Below are positions 27,601 to 41,201 of a stretch of DNA of 64,000 bases, in pieces. The notes beneath the pieces were generated by a model. It worked only from the letters and a program-made list of their open reading frames with translations. It was not told where the DNA came from and searched no databases. This stretch comes from Octopus sinensis. Lineage: Eukaryota. Numbering within the stretch: position 1 is the first letter of the stretch; every line of letters begins with the position of its first letter. The stretch covers positions 4,464,001 to 4,528,000 of the forward strand of contig NC_042998.1 of the NCBI RefSeq assembly GCF_006345805.1, read 5' to 3'. The translations under genes were made by a program, and so were the position numbers.

Positions 27601-28269
27601 TATTTTATAACACAAGAAAGGAAAAAAAAACTGGAGCAATCAAAGTCAAACCTCGGTTATCTCACCACAAATGCACTACATTTTTGCATGAGGTTGCTAA
27701 AGGCAACATACCCAACATAGCTTGTTGACAGTGCGGATAATTTTTCACTTCCTATTTTATATATAATATGCTTAAATACTACACACACGCTCACACACAA
27801 ACACACAAATAAACAAGCGCACGCAGGGGCACAGACACACAATGCTTCTTTTTAATACAATGACAGCGCACAAACCTAAATCCCAAACAATAAAACAATT
27901 TAAAGAAAAATATGCGATAAAACCAGAAAAAAGATAAGACGTTTAAAATCAATGCTACCTGAAGGATACAATCATTTTCTAAACAATGCACAATTATATC
28001 ATATTGAACTGAATCTGACATTAATCCAACTATGTGATTATTATATATAGAGTTATAGCGTAAGAAATATTTGCAACATTTGTAAGTATACAAAATTAGG
28101 AGAGCGATATTTCTATGTTGTAGGCATAAAACAAAATGTTACGGGCACCCATTTCCGATAATACGATAAATTATCAGTGAATAAATCAAATTGTATTCTT
28201 ACATATAAATGCTTTCAGCATATTACGTCTACCAGACCTAAAATGTTTGCTTCGAAACAAATATATTTA

Positions 28270-28644
28270 TTAAATCTGTATATCACTATACGCGCGCGCG
28301 TTCACACACACATACTCTACACATACAAACACATATACACACACATATATATATATATACACACATATATATATATATACATATATATATCCATATATAT
28401 ATTTACGTACATATTTATATACATATATAAACATGCATATATATACATATATATATATTTGTATATATATATGTATACAAATATACACATATGTATGTAT
28501 ATATGCATACACACACACACAAACAAACACACACACACATATATATGTGTATATATATATATATATAAGTTCATACATTAGAGTGTGGTTGTATTTGCAT
28601 CTGTATGTGATGTGTAGATGTATATATATGTATGTGTATATATA

Positions 28645-28718
<74 letters not shown>

Positions 28719-28730
28719 TATATATTATGT
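28270..28730. repeat. Compound (TA)/(CA)/(TG) low-complexity block
   Basis: Direct reading. Confidence 0.95.
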
Positions 28731-29308
28731 AGTTATGACAATGTGTGTGTTTCTGTGTGAATGCCAGCAGGGACGAACGGGTGCAAACGTTCTAAATAAC
28801 AGAAGAAGTGTATGAGTAATTTAATTCAGTCCAATATATGCAATATCGACAAAAACTAGAAACTTCCTCTTGTGCATATTACGCGATGCCTCAGTGAGCT
28901 ACATTTGAATGAAAATGAAATTGAAAACAAGTTGGTGATAAAAGGTTGTGGATGATTACAGTCTTCCAATTGCCCAGAAGAAGCCTCGCGATTTTCCGTT
29001 TAGCTTGAAGCAACAAATAATGTGGAACTTTAAATTAAACTGTGTGAGAAAACGATAGGTTCTGAAGAATTAGGTAGCAAAATGGGATAAAGATGCACTC
29101 CTACACGCACCGACATATAAAATACAGTTACAGAGGTACACATACATAACACACATGCGCGTACATCAACAAACACACACATATGCACACACGCACAGAA
29201 TCGTAAATGAAGAAGATGGTTGCACTTTCCTGTTATATACAATATGCAAACGCAATGCGCGCATAAGTGCTTTTCAGTATAAATGAATTGATACACACAC
29301 ACACGCAC

Positions 29309-29378
<70 letters not shown>

Positions 29379-29439
29379 ATGTGTGTGCGTGTGTTTATAT
29401 ATATGTATAATCAAAATAAGCAACAGGATATCAATTATT

Positions 29440-29920
29440 GATGCAGTACGACCGTTTCAAGCGACTTCATTTTATTGAACAATGCAATCCTTACATCAAG
29501 TTAAATGCAGTGCCATTATCAGATGCACAAATAAGTAAATAGAATTTTAACCAGTCGCAAAACATCCGAACAACTAGGTGATACAAAAAGGGACAACGCC
29601 ACATCCAGATAGACGATACAAAAAAACAAGGATGGGTCATACGAAGCTTTTTATCCTTAGTCAAGAACCGGATCATCCTCGCAATTTCGGCTGATTAATC
29701 TTGAGATTGCTCCAATCTGGCCAGCCCCAAAGAAAAACTAAGCTAAGAGCATTAGATTGCTTGGAAAAAAGCATCGAATGTATACGAAAACAAGGACAGG
29801 ATTGTGAGGATGATCCGGTCCTTTACTGAGGACAAAAAGCTTCGTCTTGTTTTTTTGTATCGTTTATTTTGATGTTTTGTTGTCCCTTTTTGTATCACCT
29901 ACTTGTCCGGATGTTTTGCG
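29440..29920. mobile_element. Fold-back element (arms 29556-29685 / 29801-29920) with an adjacent decayed HHR motif
   Basis: cgcaaaacatccg...gatcatcctcgcaat versus attgtgaggatgatccgg...cggatgttttgcg. Minus-strand ctgataa...gaaacggtcgta-ctgcatc at 29440-29528. Confidence 0.7.
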
Positions 29921-29936
29921 TTCTTGTTTCATTTTG

Positions 29937-29981
<45 letters not shown>

Positions 29982-30249
29982 ATATATATATACGAGGGGT
30001 GTATGTATCTGTGTCTTCTCACCTTTTGTCACTCACCGCTTGACATCTAGTGTTGTTCTGTTTACATCCTCCTAACAAAGCAGCTCGTCAATAGATACCG
30101 ATGGAATTAATACCTAAAGTAAAAAATAAATATTGGTTGGATTTATTCCACTAAAACGTTTCAAGTCAGTACCCTATTATTGCCACAGTCCCATGACCGA
30201 AACAAGTAAAAGATATAGAAATCAGTCGAATCAGTTGTGGTACCATTTT

Positions 30250-30520
30250 CAGCCAATATCGCGTTGTAGATTGTCAGCTCGGACATCAACAGCTTTGAAA
30301 GGCTTGCAACCTTCACGTGTAATATCATTTTCTACTACTTGTCCCATGAAAAACATTCAGGTTGGTTTTGTATCATCTCTAAATATAAAGCCATGTTCTA
30401 TCAGCTTCTGTGTATATTGCCATCATTTATTGGTTATTCTATTGTTGAAAGGAATCTTTCTGTATAATTTCTTCATTTCTGCTTTATTCATTGAATGAAC
30501 GTTACTGTTTTATTCATGAC
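30250..30520 (-). mobile_element. Possible hAT (Charlie/Buster, ZBED5-like) transposase N-terminal remnant
   Basis: Minus strand QYTQKLIEHGFIFRDDTKPT*, then KPSKL after one frameshift. This resembles the Y..EY..YGF...P.C..C...MKPSKL pattern. Confidence 0.45.
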
Positions 30521-31612
30521 AGTTTTGAGTTCTGAAAATTAAACGAAGATATGCACGCCTACCATAAGAGTCTACATTTAGATTCTATGCATGAGAATTC
30601 ACGCTGTATTTTGTCATGAAATTGATTATTATAATGTCTGTTTTCTTTTTTGTTATTATCATTAATGGTATCATCTTAGCTTGTTTTTTGTTTCATTTAA
30701 AGTTGATGTAAAAGAAAATTCAGTACTAAAAGCTTTAATTACATGTAATGATTTTCGTTACGTGGAAATTCCATAAAGTAACATTTTGATAAAGCACAAA
30801 GAAATTCTCCGAATATACTTCCTAAAGTTTCTTCGCAACTTGTCAATAATATTTTCTCAATTTGACATAACAGTTCAAATGACGAGTGCAATAAAATTGG
30901 GATACAAGATATTTCATATCTTCTTTACAATTTTATAGGGATACATGTTGAAAAGCGTTTTTGCATTGATGGCTACATTTTATTCTCTAGACATAATCCT
31001 TAAACCGTGGTATGATAGCGACTAACGAAAAATATTCTCTGCCAGAAGTTAATATTCAATAAAGAGCAAATATCCAGTGAATTTAATAAAAGTTAGTTGA
31101 GAGTGGCCGGTATGGATCGAGTGCAAGTATTCAATAATCAGTACGGATCTGTGGACTGAGGATCACCACTGGGAAAGAACAACCCTGAATACTAAGAGCT
31201 AATGCTATTACTACTGAAGGTTTGCTGGGTCGACTTCAGTCGACTGACCGTCGATGTAGTGACAGTTTTATTTCTTTTGTATTTTGTCATTTCTCATATC
31301 GGCATGTTTGCTCAGGGCGGAATAGGATCTGTGTAAACCGGTAATATTTATGTTGCTATTGTTGTTTGTTATTAGTGTTGTTGATAATGTTAATGATGAT
31401 GAAGATGGTTATGATGACGACGATGATGACGATGCGTGTGCTGCAGTTGCTGCTGGTGCTGCGGCGGCTGCGGCTGCTACTGCTGATATTGTTATTGCCT
31501 ACTGCCTTATTCGAACACCCTTCTCTTTGTGCTGTAAGTTTGAAATAACTGTTACTTGTGTGCTCTACTGAAACGTATTACTGATTATTTTCATATTTCA
31601 TTTATTTACTGC

Positions 31613-31920
31613 TAGCGGTAACGAAGTTTTCGAGGGTGGTGGGGTTACAGATGAATTCGGGGCTGGTGGAATTAGAGAAGTTTTCGAGGGTGGTATGGGT
31701 ACAGGTGGTGGAGTAGACTCTGCTCTTAGGTGGCCTTTTTGTCACACTTATAACAACGAGTTTTCCGTCCCTCCACCATGATCCTTAAATTTATTTATTC
31801 TCCAATTAATATTGAATCTGGAATTTCTTCCAGATCGGTAGGGACTGCTTGGTTTAACATCTCTAATTCCTGCTACTAACAGCTCTGTTGGTGAAATTTG
31901 ATGGTTTGAAGGATAGTGAT
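31613..31920 (-). mobile_element. Duplicated fragment of zinc-knuckle LINE ORF1 (matches 36850-37157)
   Basis: About five substitutions in 308 bp by eye. Confidence 0.9.
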
Positions 31921-32989
31921 TTTTTCTCTTAAAGATTACACAACCTTGCATGTTTCAGCGCACGGGGACCAATATTTTTGTAAAGATAGAAATAATTAAA
32001 AGGTTTTTGAACCTGTACCTTGTAGCATAGCTAATCAAGATGTTTCGAAAGGATATGGTTTCAGCAACGAGGATGATTACTAAAACACTTTTTCCGCCGC
32101 AGTTATATTCAATGACATCTACCTTATGCCAGAAACTCGGCCGTTCCTGTTCTCATATTTGTGGTTTCGGAGAAAAGGGTATTTGCAACAAATATAATAT
32201 CCTGGTAAATATCAACAGCCAGAATAATAAGATTTACAGAGGAAACGATCCCTGCAGCAATGACTGTAATAAGAAGAGCCAAAACAAAATCTAAATACTA
32301 AACACTAACAATATCGAAACGATCAGAAGGAAAATAATTAAAACAACACTGAGAGTGAAGAGGTACAAAGGAATAGTGAGAAGCAACAAATATAGTTTTG
32401 GCAAGGCATCGTTCCCCACCACTAACAATAACACCCTCAACAGCGTAAGGAGTAAATCTACTCTGCCAGCTGCCAACATAACTAGCAGTAGTGGTTACTC
32501 CAAAGCAACTACTTTAAATTTGCTGCTTTCGCTAACGTTATGACACTCTCCTGTAATATACACTGCTCCCAGATCAAGAATTAGTTCAGACATGTATGCT
32601 CAACAGAGATCATGATCGTAGAAAGGTTACACTGGGGCAAAATGTTAAGGAGTGGAAATAGCAGCATTCGGATGTGATGTTCCCTTGATCTAAATTACAT
32701 ACAATTTCTAAAAATCAGTAGGCACGTTAATTTTAGGCCTCGACAAGTATACATCAGGTTTTGATAATATTTTTGATATTATTTCGAGAACGTTCATTTT
32801 TGAATTTTCCTCTGAAATTACTATTTAAATTTTTGAAAAAATGTTTTGCCTCTATTTTCTTTTTATGTCCACGCTGCCTTGTAAAGCCCTGTTAGTTTCG
32901 TTTCCATAAACGTCAGTATCATTTTGATCCTCGTAACTTACACGAAATCAAATTTCTTAATATAGTTAGTAATTTTTTTTAGTCACTCA

Positions 32990-34100
32990 TCAGTCTGTTT
33001 GTAGCTAGATGGTACTCCCGTATAGAATTCAACAGAGTTGCTACATGTGATTTTATATACCACGTAGGATCACAGATATATATTTTCATCTTTCACCAGT
33101 CTGTTGGGCAATGTACATAAAGTATTATTTTGCCTTATTGTGATTCTAGTTAGGATCCTCCTTAAGGAAAGCCTTGAGTGTACCGGGTGAATATTTAATC
33201 CTACCTTATGGATTACATAGCCGACTGCAGTAGTTGCTTTTTGTTCGTTAAAATGTGTCAGATTTAAACAAAACACTCTAACATTGAATGCATGCGTTTT
33301 GTTTGATGGTCTAATGATTTCCTGGCGTTTAGTGCAAGAGTTTGGATAACCATTCTTTATCAGATCTTTTCGGAATTGCATGGCGCTGGTGTTTATGCGT
33401 TCCGCCTTGTATTTACTGCGTACCCTGTAAATCTAATTTGAAAGATAGTCATTTTTGATGGGCAGGGATGAAGTATAGTTTATAAATAGTCCCCTACATG
33501 CAGCTTTTCTTTAAAAGTTAGTAGAAATGTATCTGTCCTCTGTGAATTTGTGTTTAAAATCAAGCAGAAATGAGTAACTGTTCTTATTGAGGTTCTCCTC
33601 TTTAAAGTTTATATGTTCATCGATTTTGTTTAACGTGTATATTTCAACATCCTTCTCGCGAGACGTTAATATCAGAAGGTCATGTACATAGCCGACAAAA
33701 CAAAAATGTACAGTAATGACAGCTGTTGAGTGTCCAAACTGATCCTTATTTTGATGGCCATGTGCCATAAATGCTTTGTCCGATCGGCAGTCCAGAGATT
33801 TTTTTGTAAAATCGACCCCTTCATTAGTAATTAAGAATTTATGGATATCTGGAGCTGTGATAACAACGCAGTTATGGATGTGAGAGGAGGCTGTGTGTTC
33901 CGTTAATAAGTTGGGAGAAAGGGCATCTTGGACAGTGATGTACATAGAAACAACATCAAAGCTAAAAGAATAGTTTCTACATATGGATGAGTAAAGACCT
34001 CTCCATTGTTTACTTATGTGTAGCTTTCAAAATGCTCTGAGCAAGTTTAAACTAGTCGCTTGAAAACATCAGATAAAGGCCAAATGATTTTCTAGAAGGC
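32990..34100 (-). mobile_element. Decayed Penelope-like element: RT, thumb and start of GIY-YIG
   Basis: Minus strand motifs SFDVVSMY, FVGYVHDLLIL (YVDD-like), KIDEHINFKEE, FRKDLIKNGYPNS and VVYKITCSNSVEFYTG. Confidence 0.85.
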
Positions 34101-34674
34101 TTTTTACAATTTGAACTCTTTAGGTCAAATTTTAGGTCAAACTTTACAATATGAACTATTTTTACGGGTATTTATGAGTAGTATTCTATTGCTCTTTGCT
34201 AGATATTGTTATCATGCTACTGCAATATTTTACAATCGTTTTCCGCCTAATTTCTTGATAAAGATATTTTTCTAGGTTAGATTCTAGTCAGAGTAGTCTA
34301 AGTGAAGTAATTACTTTTACTATCTAAGATTCATAAAGAATGTAGATTCAATAAAGATGAACGTATGTGTGTGTATATGTGTATGCATGTGTGTGAGTGT
34401 ATATATATATATGTGCGTATGTGTCTGAGTGTATATGAGCAGACAACGTCGAAAGTAATCACGGTGAAATCGCTGTCATCACGTATCAAATATTCGCATC
34501 CAAATGCTTCAGACGTTATTCTAAAATCAAGGTTTCTCATCGTTGTCAACATGTAATATATAGGAAAAATATTTTCCACAATAAGTAGAAATTTATTGTG
34601 TTAGCTTATAATATATGTTGTTTTAATCCTTTGAAAGAATAATCTGAAACAGACTTTGATAATACATCCTCTAA

Positions 34675-34743
34675 TATTAATAATAATAATAATTATAATA
34701 ATTACACAGATAATAACAACAACAAGAACAATAATAATAATGA

Positions 34744-34801
<58 letters not shown>

Positions 34802-34827
34802 ATTACAATGATAATAACAACAAGAAC

Positions 34828-34865
<38 letters not shown>

Positions 34866-34890
34866 TAATAATAATAATAATAACAATAAC

Positions 34891-34959
<69 letters not shown>

Positions 34960-35000
34960 GTACTATTACTAATAATATTCATGATAATAATAATAATGGA
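34675..35000. repeat. Twice-repeated (AAT)n-(ATT)n block
   Basis: Each unit has aacaacaagaac, (AAT)n, then the complementary (ATT)n. Confidence 0.9.
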
Positions 35001-35400
35001 AATATAAAAAGTATCTATTATTACCGTTTCATGATTATCTGCTTTGTTAAGCAGTATGATTTGTTTTCGCACGTAGATAAGAATCATGAAAGTAAGAAAT
35101 CCATAAACGGTTATCGATTTCTGATGAAGGGATGTATTTATCAAACTGTTTGTGTTATCATGCATTATATCTTATTATTCTCTTATCGTATACCCTATTC
35201 AGTTATAAATCAATAAATTTATGTAGTCCTGTCTCGAACTGTTTACATATTACGCAAAAAAAATGTTGATGAGTATATGCATAATATACCTATATGCATA
35301 AAAACTTGTATATATATACATACATACATAAATATATACATACATATACACACACACACATGTATATATCCATGTATACATTTGTGACTAATATGTTCGC

Positions 35401-35431
<31 letters not shown>

Positions 35432-35440
35432 ATATATATA

Positions 35441-35484
<44 letters not shown>

Positions 35485-35498
35485 ATATTATATATATA

Positions 35499-35592
<94 letters not shown>

Positions 35593-35599
35593 GCATATA

Positions 35600-35945
35600 T
35601 GTGGAGGCGCAATGGCCCAGTGGTTAGGGCAGCGGACTCGCAGTCATAGGATCGCGGTTTCGATTCCCAGACCGGGCGTTGTGAGTGTTTATTGAGCGAA
35701 AACATCTAAAGCTCCACGAGGCTCCGGCAGGGGATGGTGGTGATCCCTGCTGTACTCTTTCACCACAACTTTCTCTCACTCTTACTTCCTGTTTCTGTTG
35801 TACCTGTATTTCAAAGGGCCGGCCTTGTCACTCCCTGTGTCACGCTGAATATCCCCGAGAACTACGTTAAGGGTACACGTGTCTGTGGAGTGCTCAGCCA
35901 CTTGCGCGTTAATTTCACGAGCAGGCTGTCCTCGTCGTCGTAACC
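35600..35945 (+). mobile_element. SINE family A, with a short 3' internal deletion
   Basis: Near-identical to 2979-3361. Both copies sit directly after long (TA)n tracts. Confidence 0.88.
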
Positions 35946-36599
35946 ATACATACATATATATACACACACACATACATTTTTTGATATATATATATCAAAA
36001 TATGTATGTGTGTGTGTTGTGTATATATATATATATATGTATGTAAAAGAGAAAGAGCGTGAGAGACAGACAGAGGTGCCGAGACATTTGTATTTAAATG
36101 TGTGTTTCTAGACGTCTCGAATAATTTACACACCAAGTAACTATAATACAATCCAATATATACACTGATATATTCTAGTATCTTTCTAATTTTAGGCCCT
36201 GCACATGTGACTCCTTGAATGTCAGTATATAACATTCACATTCTTATATGTATGAAGAAACACACACGCAAACACATGTATGTATGTGCGTGTGTGTCTG
36301 TTTCTGAAAAGCTACCATGCTCATCTCCCCTTAAAACTGCGTATTCCTCACACCCACCTTTCTTTCCCTTCCTCGGTGTTTTAAAATTTACTCAAGTATA
36401 TGTGCATGAGTGTGTGTGTGATGTAAAAATAATGCGAGGAGGGATACTTGGGTTTTGGGGTTTGTTAAATGGTTTTACTGTCGTGATTTTTTCCATTTGT
36501 TTTTAATTCTATGTTTTCAACGTTAATAGCTGTAATGCTTATACAGGATTTGCGGGTCGATGGGCGAGGAGATTAGGGATATTGTGTGTCTGTGGTGAT

Positions 36600-37745
36600 T
36601 GGGTGCGTGTGTGCTTGTGGTTGGTGTATTAGTGTCTGTGTGGGTTGGGTGGGGGTTCTGCTTTTTTCTTCTTTTTTTCATTTTGGGGGCCGGCAATAGT
36701 CCAGTCTTTATCCTCCAGTAATGTTTCGACTTCTGTTTCTTTTCATTTAACTGTTTTCAGGTCTTCTGTAGGTTCCTGTCTCTCTGCATTTCCCCTGCTT
36801 CAAGAGTAGTTTTTGCAGGTTGTGGTGGTACAGAAGTTTTCGCGGCTGGTAGCGGTAACGAAGTTTTCGAGGGTGGTGGGGTTACAGATGAAGTCGGGGC
36901 TGGTGGAGTTAAAGAAGTTTTCGAGGGTGGTATGGGTACAGGTGGTGGAGTACACTCTGCTCTTATGTGGCCTTTTTGTCACACTTATAACAACGAGTTT
37001 TCCGTCCCTCCACCATGATCCTTAAATTTATTTATTCTCCAATTAATATTGAATCTGGAATTTCTTCCAGATCGGTAGGGACTGCTTGGTTTAACATCTC
37101 TAATTCCTGCTACTAACAGCTCTGTTGGTGAAATTTGATGGTTTGAAGGATAGTGATGTTTTCTTCCAAGCTACGAGCCAGGCAGCAGAAGACTCGGGTG
37201 GTATTTCTCCTACCTTTACCCTGGAAGTACGCCTTCCAAGGTATGTTGGCTCACTTGAGTGAAGTCGTCGAATGTTGCCTGGCTTTTTCCTCTTTGTAAA
37301 AACATACCTCCAGCGTGGTATATCTCCTCCCACTGGTATATAGGCGATGTCATGCCATATAGGGCGTAAATATTTTTCTATGGCCTCTTGGGGGGGGGGG
37401 GCAATTCTTTTGTTTTTGATGGAATACGTTTTAAATATTATAGTATTCTTTTGGGTACCGTGAGTGACTTCGCTGCTGGGAGGGATCAATTTTACGTTGT
37501 GCCCCTTCCTTTAAAGGACACTGTTGTACTTTCCTAGCTCGCTTTGTTCAATTTTTAAGTCTTCTTTCTTTACTTCAGCTACGAAATTAGTCATATTTTT
37601 TCATTATTCTTTTGAGAGTTGTCGTCGGTTTTCTTTGTCGTATTTTCTGTTTGGTTTGCTGGTGCAGGAATGGTCATTACCATTGCTTCTAATAATTTCT
37701 CAAAATCTAAATCTTCCTCGTTGAAGGATACACTCGTTGCAGAAT
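36600..37745 (-). pseudogene. LINE ORF1 (gag-like, CCHC zinc knuckle; L1/Tx1-like) pseudogene
   Basis: Minus strand PTYLGRRTSRVKVGEIPPE...EEIPDSILIGE*INLRIMVEGRKTRCYKCDKK / GHIRAEC (CX2CX4HX4C split by a 1 nt frameshift at ~36975), followed by a Pro/Thr-rich tail. Confidence 0.8.
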
Positions 37746-37959
37746 AACATGAAATACAAAAAATATCAAGTTTTCTCCTTCAAACAAGGAGGACACATAA
37801 AGAAAAATCTGCTACAACGCAGACAGTGTTTCGAAAAACACAAAAACAGGTTAGTTGAACAAAAAGAAATCAACAACAATGTAACAAATACCTTTAGACA
37901 GCAGTAGGAAAAAAGACGTCCTATAACCCCCAACATAAAATATAAACTGTAAATATATA

Positions 37960-40310
37960 TAATCTTTAAAAATATATATAAGGGATATATAAAAATATAT
38001 AAATGAATGTATAAAAATGTAACGATATAAAATATATAAAAGTATAAAAACTATAAAAATATAAAATAAACGAATATAAAAATATAAGAAAATATATGAT
38101 AAAATATGAAATTTTTAAAATCTATAAAATATTATAAAGATATATTATTGTATAGAAAAAATTATAAAAAGATATTTAATATGAATAAATAGATATAAAA
38201 TAATATTGAAATATACAGGAAAATATAAAGGTATATATATGTATAGAAAAGAATTATAACAAAATCATTATTTTAAATAAGGAAGTAGAGATAAAAATAA
38301 ATATACCAGAATTTAATGTAAATAAAGCTAAAAGTAAAGAAAGGTTTTAGAAATGTTTGTAAGTTATAGAATAAAACTGCATGAAGATAAAAAGGTAATA
38401 ATAGATCTTAGATGAATATATTTTGTACTTAGAGGAGGTTCAAAATATAATAACCACGTGCAGTAACGATAAAAGCAATTTTATCACCATATATGAAAGG
38501 AATTGATTTAGGAAATGGGTAAATACATATTGTAATAATTAATAGGGTGTAAATTTTCTGGGTAATAACATTTTAAATTATAAATAATTATTTCTTAGTT
38601 TAAGTCATAGAATAATCATTTCAGCCCAAAAGATGTATAAGGTTAAATCACGTTAGAGTGCAATAAGTATGATTTAATAAAGGAATACTAGATCTAGTGA
38701 TTAAGGTAACCAGCAATGTGAGCACCGTTATGTTAAAAACAATATTTTAAAATATGGTATTTAAAGAGTGTAAAACATTGTCAAACTTTACGATGGGTTA
38801 CATTGGTTCAACAAATAATAATCTTTTAAGGAGGAGAGATAAAATTAATGAAGTAGTGCTAATTCTAGTGTATGGGGGTTATATTAATTGCTATATAGAG
38901 TTTCAGTATTTAAACAATGGAATTATAAGGTCAATATAAGATGTAAAGGTAAGAGATTAATTATACGGGCAATCACAATTTAGACAGAGGAGTTACAATG
39001 CGTAAGGTATAAACGAATTGGGTGGAGAAAAATTTATCCATACAACATGGTTTGTAATATGCATAAAAGATCAAAGGTGCTAAGGATCTCTAGAACACAT
39101 TACCAAGCAGGTTATAATATTACAGAGAGTAAGCTATGAATGATAGTGCACATTGTGTAACTTATGTCCTCAAAGAGACAGTAGATAGCCTTTGTTATTT
39201 ACTGTTTCTAAAGTATTTAAAAGTACGGGTAATACTATGAACACGTGGCGCCCTAAGATCTAATTTATTATTAATTAGGTTTTCTTTATCTCCATATTTG
39301 AATATTTCATATATCTTCATACAACATCGTTCACTTCTATATCGGCTATTTGTGTATGGTTGAGCTCTACCAATTATTGCCCACTTTGCATTGAATTTAA
39401 TATCATTACCCCTGAGGTCCTAGGTCTTCATAGATAATAATGTACTGCAAGAATTAGCACTTCTTCATTAATATATTATTAATTTTAAATTTGATATTTG
39501 TTTTTCTCTTCCTAATTTTATCTCTCTTCCTTTATAGTTTATCATTTGTTGAACCAATGTAAGCCATCGTAAATTTTGACACTTTTTATACCCTCTTTAA
39601 ATAACACATTTTTAAATATTCCTTTTAGCATACCTAAATTATCAATGAATATATATAAATGTATATAAATATAAGAATTAAGATCTAAAATTATCTCTAT
39701 CAATAAATATATATACACGTATAATAAAAAACCAAATAAATTAATTATTCATTATTACTTATGAAATATATGAAAAATTAAAAGATTAAAGATGAAGAAG
39801 CAAATTGTAAACAAATAAACTATCTTAAAAGAACGCTATAACTATTTAACGATCCATATATCTAGTTAGCTAATTAATAACTTACAAAAACCGTATAGTT
39901 AAGAACTAAAATGAAATAATGAAATAGATATCTTCAACAACTAAATACTTGTACAATGAAATTATCAATCCGTAGTTATATAGTATCCAATAAATACTAC
40001 GAATATATTTATCAATGAAAAATACTACTACAAATTATCAATTGAAAATAGCTATATATAAGTTATAATAGAACGAAGTCAACTATTAGAGATATTTATG
40101 AATATACAAAATAGCTTAAAAAAACACAATGAACTCTCAAATATCCTTAACTCAGTTATAGTCCAAAAATTTAATTACCAAATTAATTAACTAAAAAATC
40201 GTTATTCATATATTAGATTTAAGTACACATCTAACAATTATAAAATATTTAAAATAATAACTAAATAACTATCAACAAATATAGTTATTAAAGACTAAAA
40301 TTTATGCTAT
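37960..40310. mobile_element. Extremely AT-rich mosaic of decayed Penelope-like fragments in both orientations
   Basis: + strand GYIGST (38790s) and INYLKRTL*LFNDPY (~39815). Minus strand KWAIIGRAQPY...ERCC (39320-39390). Inverted segment 38745-38870 versus 39450-39615. Confidence 0.6.
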
Positions 40311-40385
40311 CAATAAATGTATAGACATACATACATATACATACCTACATACATACCCAAACACATATGGACACACACACACACA

Positions 40386-40418
<33 letters not shown>

Positions 40419-40580
40419 CTTTATTTAAAAGCAGCAGAAATATTACAAAAGCTGTTATTCAGAGTTTCATGCCCCCGTTCGTCGGACATATATATGCATT
40501 TTAACAAAACTGTCTCACCAACGGGAATGTGAAGCTCTGAGTAACAGCTTTTGATATATTTCTGCTGCTTTTAAATAAAG
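40419..40580. mobile_element. Short fold-back element (~60 bp arms) with decayed HHR motifs on both strands
   Basis: ctttatttaaaagcagcagaaatat... versus ...atatttctgctgcttttaaataaag. Confidence 0.75.
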
Positions 40581-40699
40581 CATATTACTCTAGCTCTTGT
40601 ATTTGAGTATTTTTTTTCCACCTTGTTTCACATTTATGTGCTTACTCTGGTAGATATATATATATATATATATAAGGCTGAAAAGGAACACACGAGTTG

Positions 40700-40781
40700 A
40701 TATATATGAAAAAACAACTCAAGATAGAAAATGCTAAAATAATTTTAGCATTTTCTATGTTGACTTGTTTTTTCATATATA
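40700..40781. repeat. 82 bp palindrome (41 bp arms, 2 mismatches, 1 nt spacer)
   Basis: atatatatgaaaaaacaactcaagatagaaaatgctaaaat-a-attttagcattttctatgttgacttgttttttcatatatat. Confidence 0.9.
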
Positions 40782-41019
40782 TATATATAATATATATATA
40801 TATATAAACACATATATTCATATATATATATATGCATATATATATATATTATAGAAAATTTAGACAATACGTATAATTAGATTAGTGTGTTTAAATGTTG
40901 AGTAGAGCACCGGCACAGTTTAGGCGACATATTGTCATCAGTAGTTGTGGTACACTTCCGTTGGATTTACTTCAGTAACGTCTCAGGGGTAGTAATTAAT
41001 TAATAAGGCTTAGTGTTAT

Positions 41020-41198
41020 TTCGTCTGCCGCTACGTTCTGAGTTCAAATTCCACCGAGGTCGACTTTGCTTTTCATCCTTTCGGGGTCGATTAAATAAGT
41101 ACCAATTACACACTGGGGTCGATATAATCAGCTTAATCCGTTTGTCTATCCTTCTTCGTCCCCTCTGTGCTTAGCCCCTTGTGGGTAGTAAAGAAATA
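41020..41198 (+). mobile_element. 5'-truncated SINE family B
   Basis: ttcgtctgccgctacgttctgagttcaaattcc...aaagaaata. Confidence 0.88.
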
Positions 41199-41201
41199 GG
41201 T

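Noticed and set aside
31921-32870. Coding-like stretch with a hydrophobic 62 aa minus ORF and possible broken zinc knuckles on plus
   Set aside because: No frame gives a recognisable family. The hydrophobicity follows from T-richness. Left unassigned.
35100-35160. CTGATGA motif (others at ~1166, ~22257, ~32988, ~51497)
   Set aside because: No properly placed GAAA or pairing helices. Expected by chance in AT-rich DNA.
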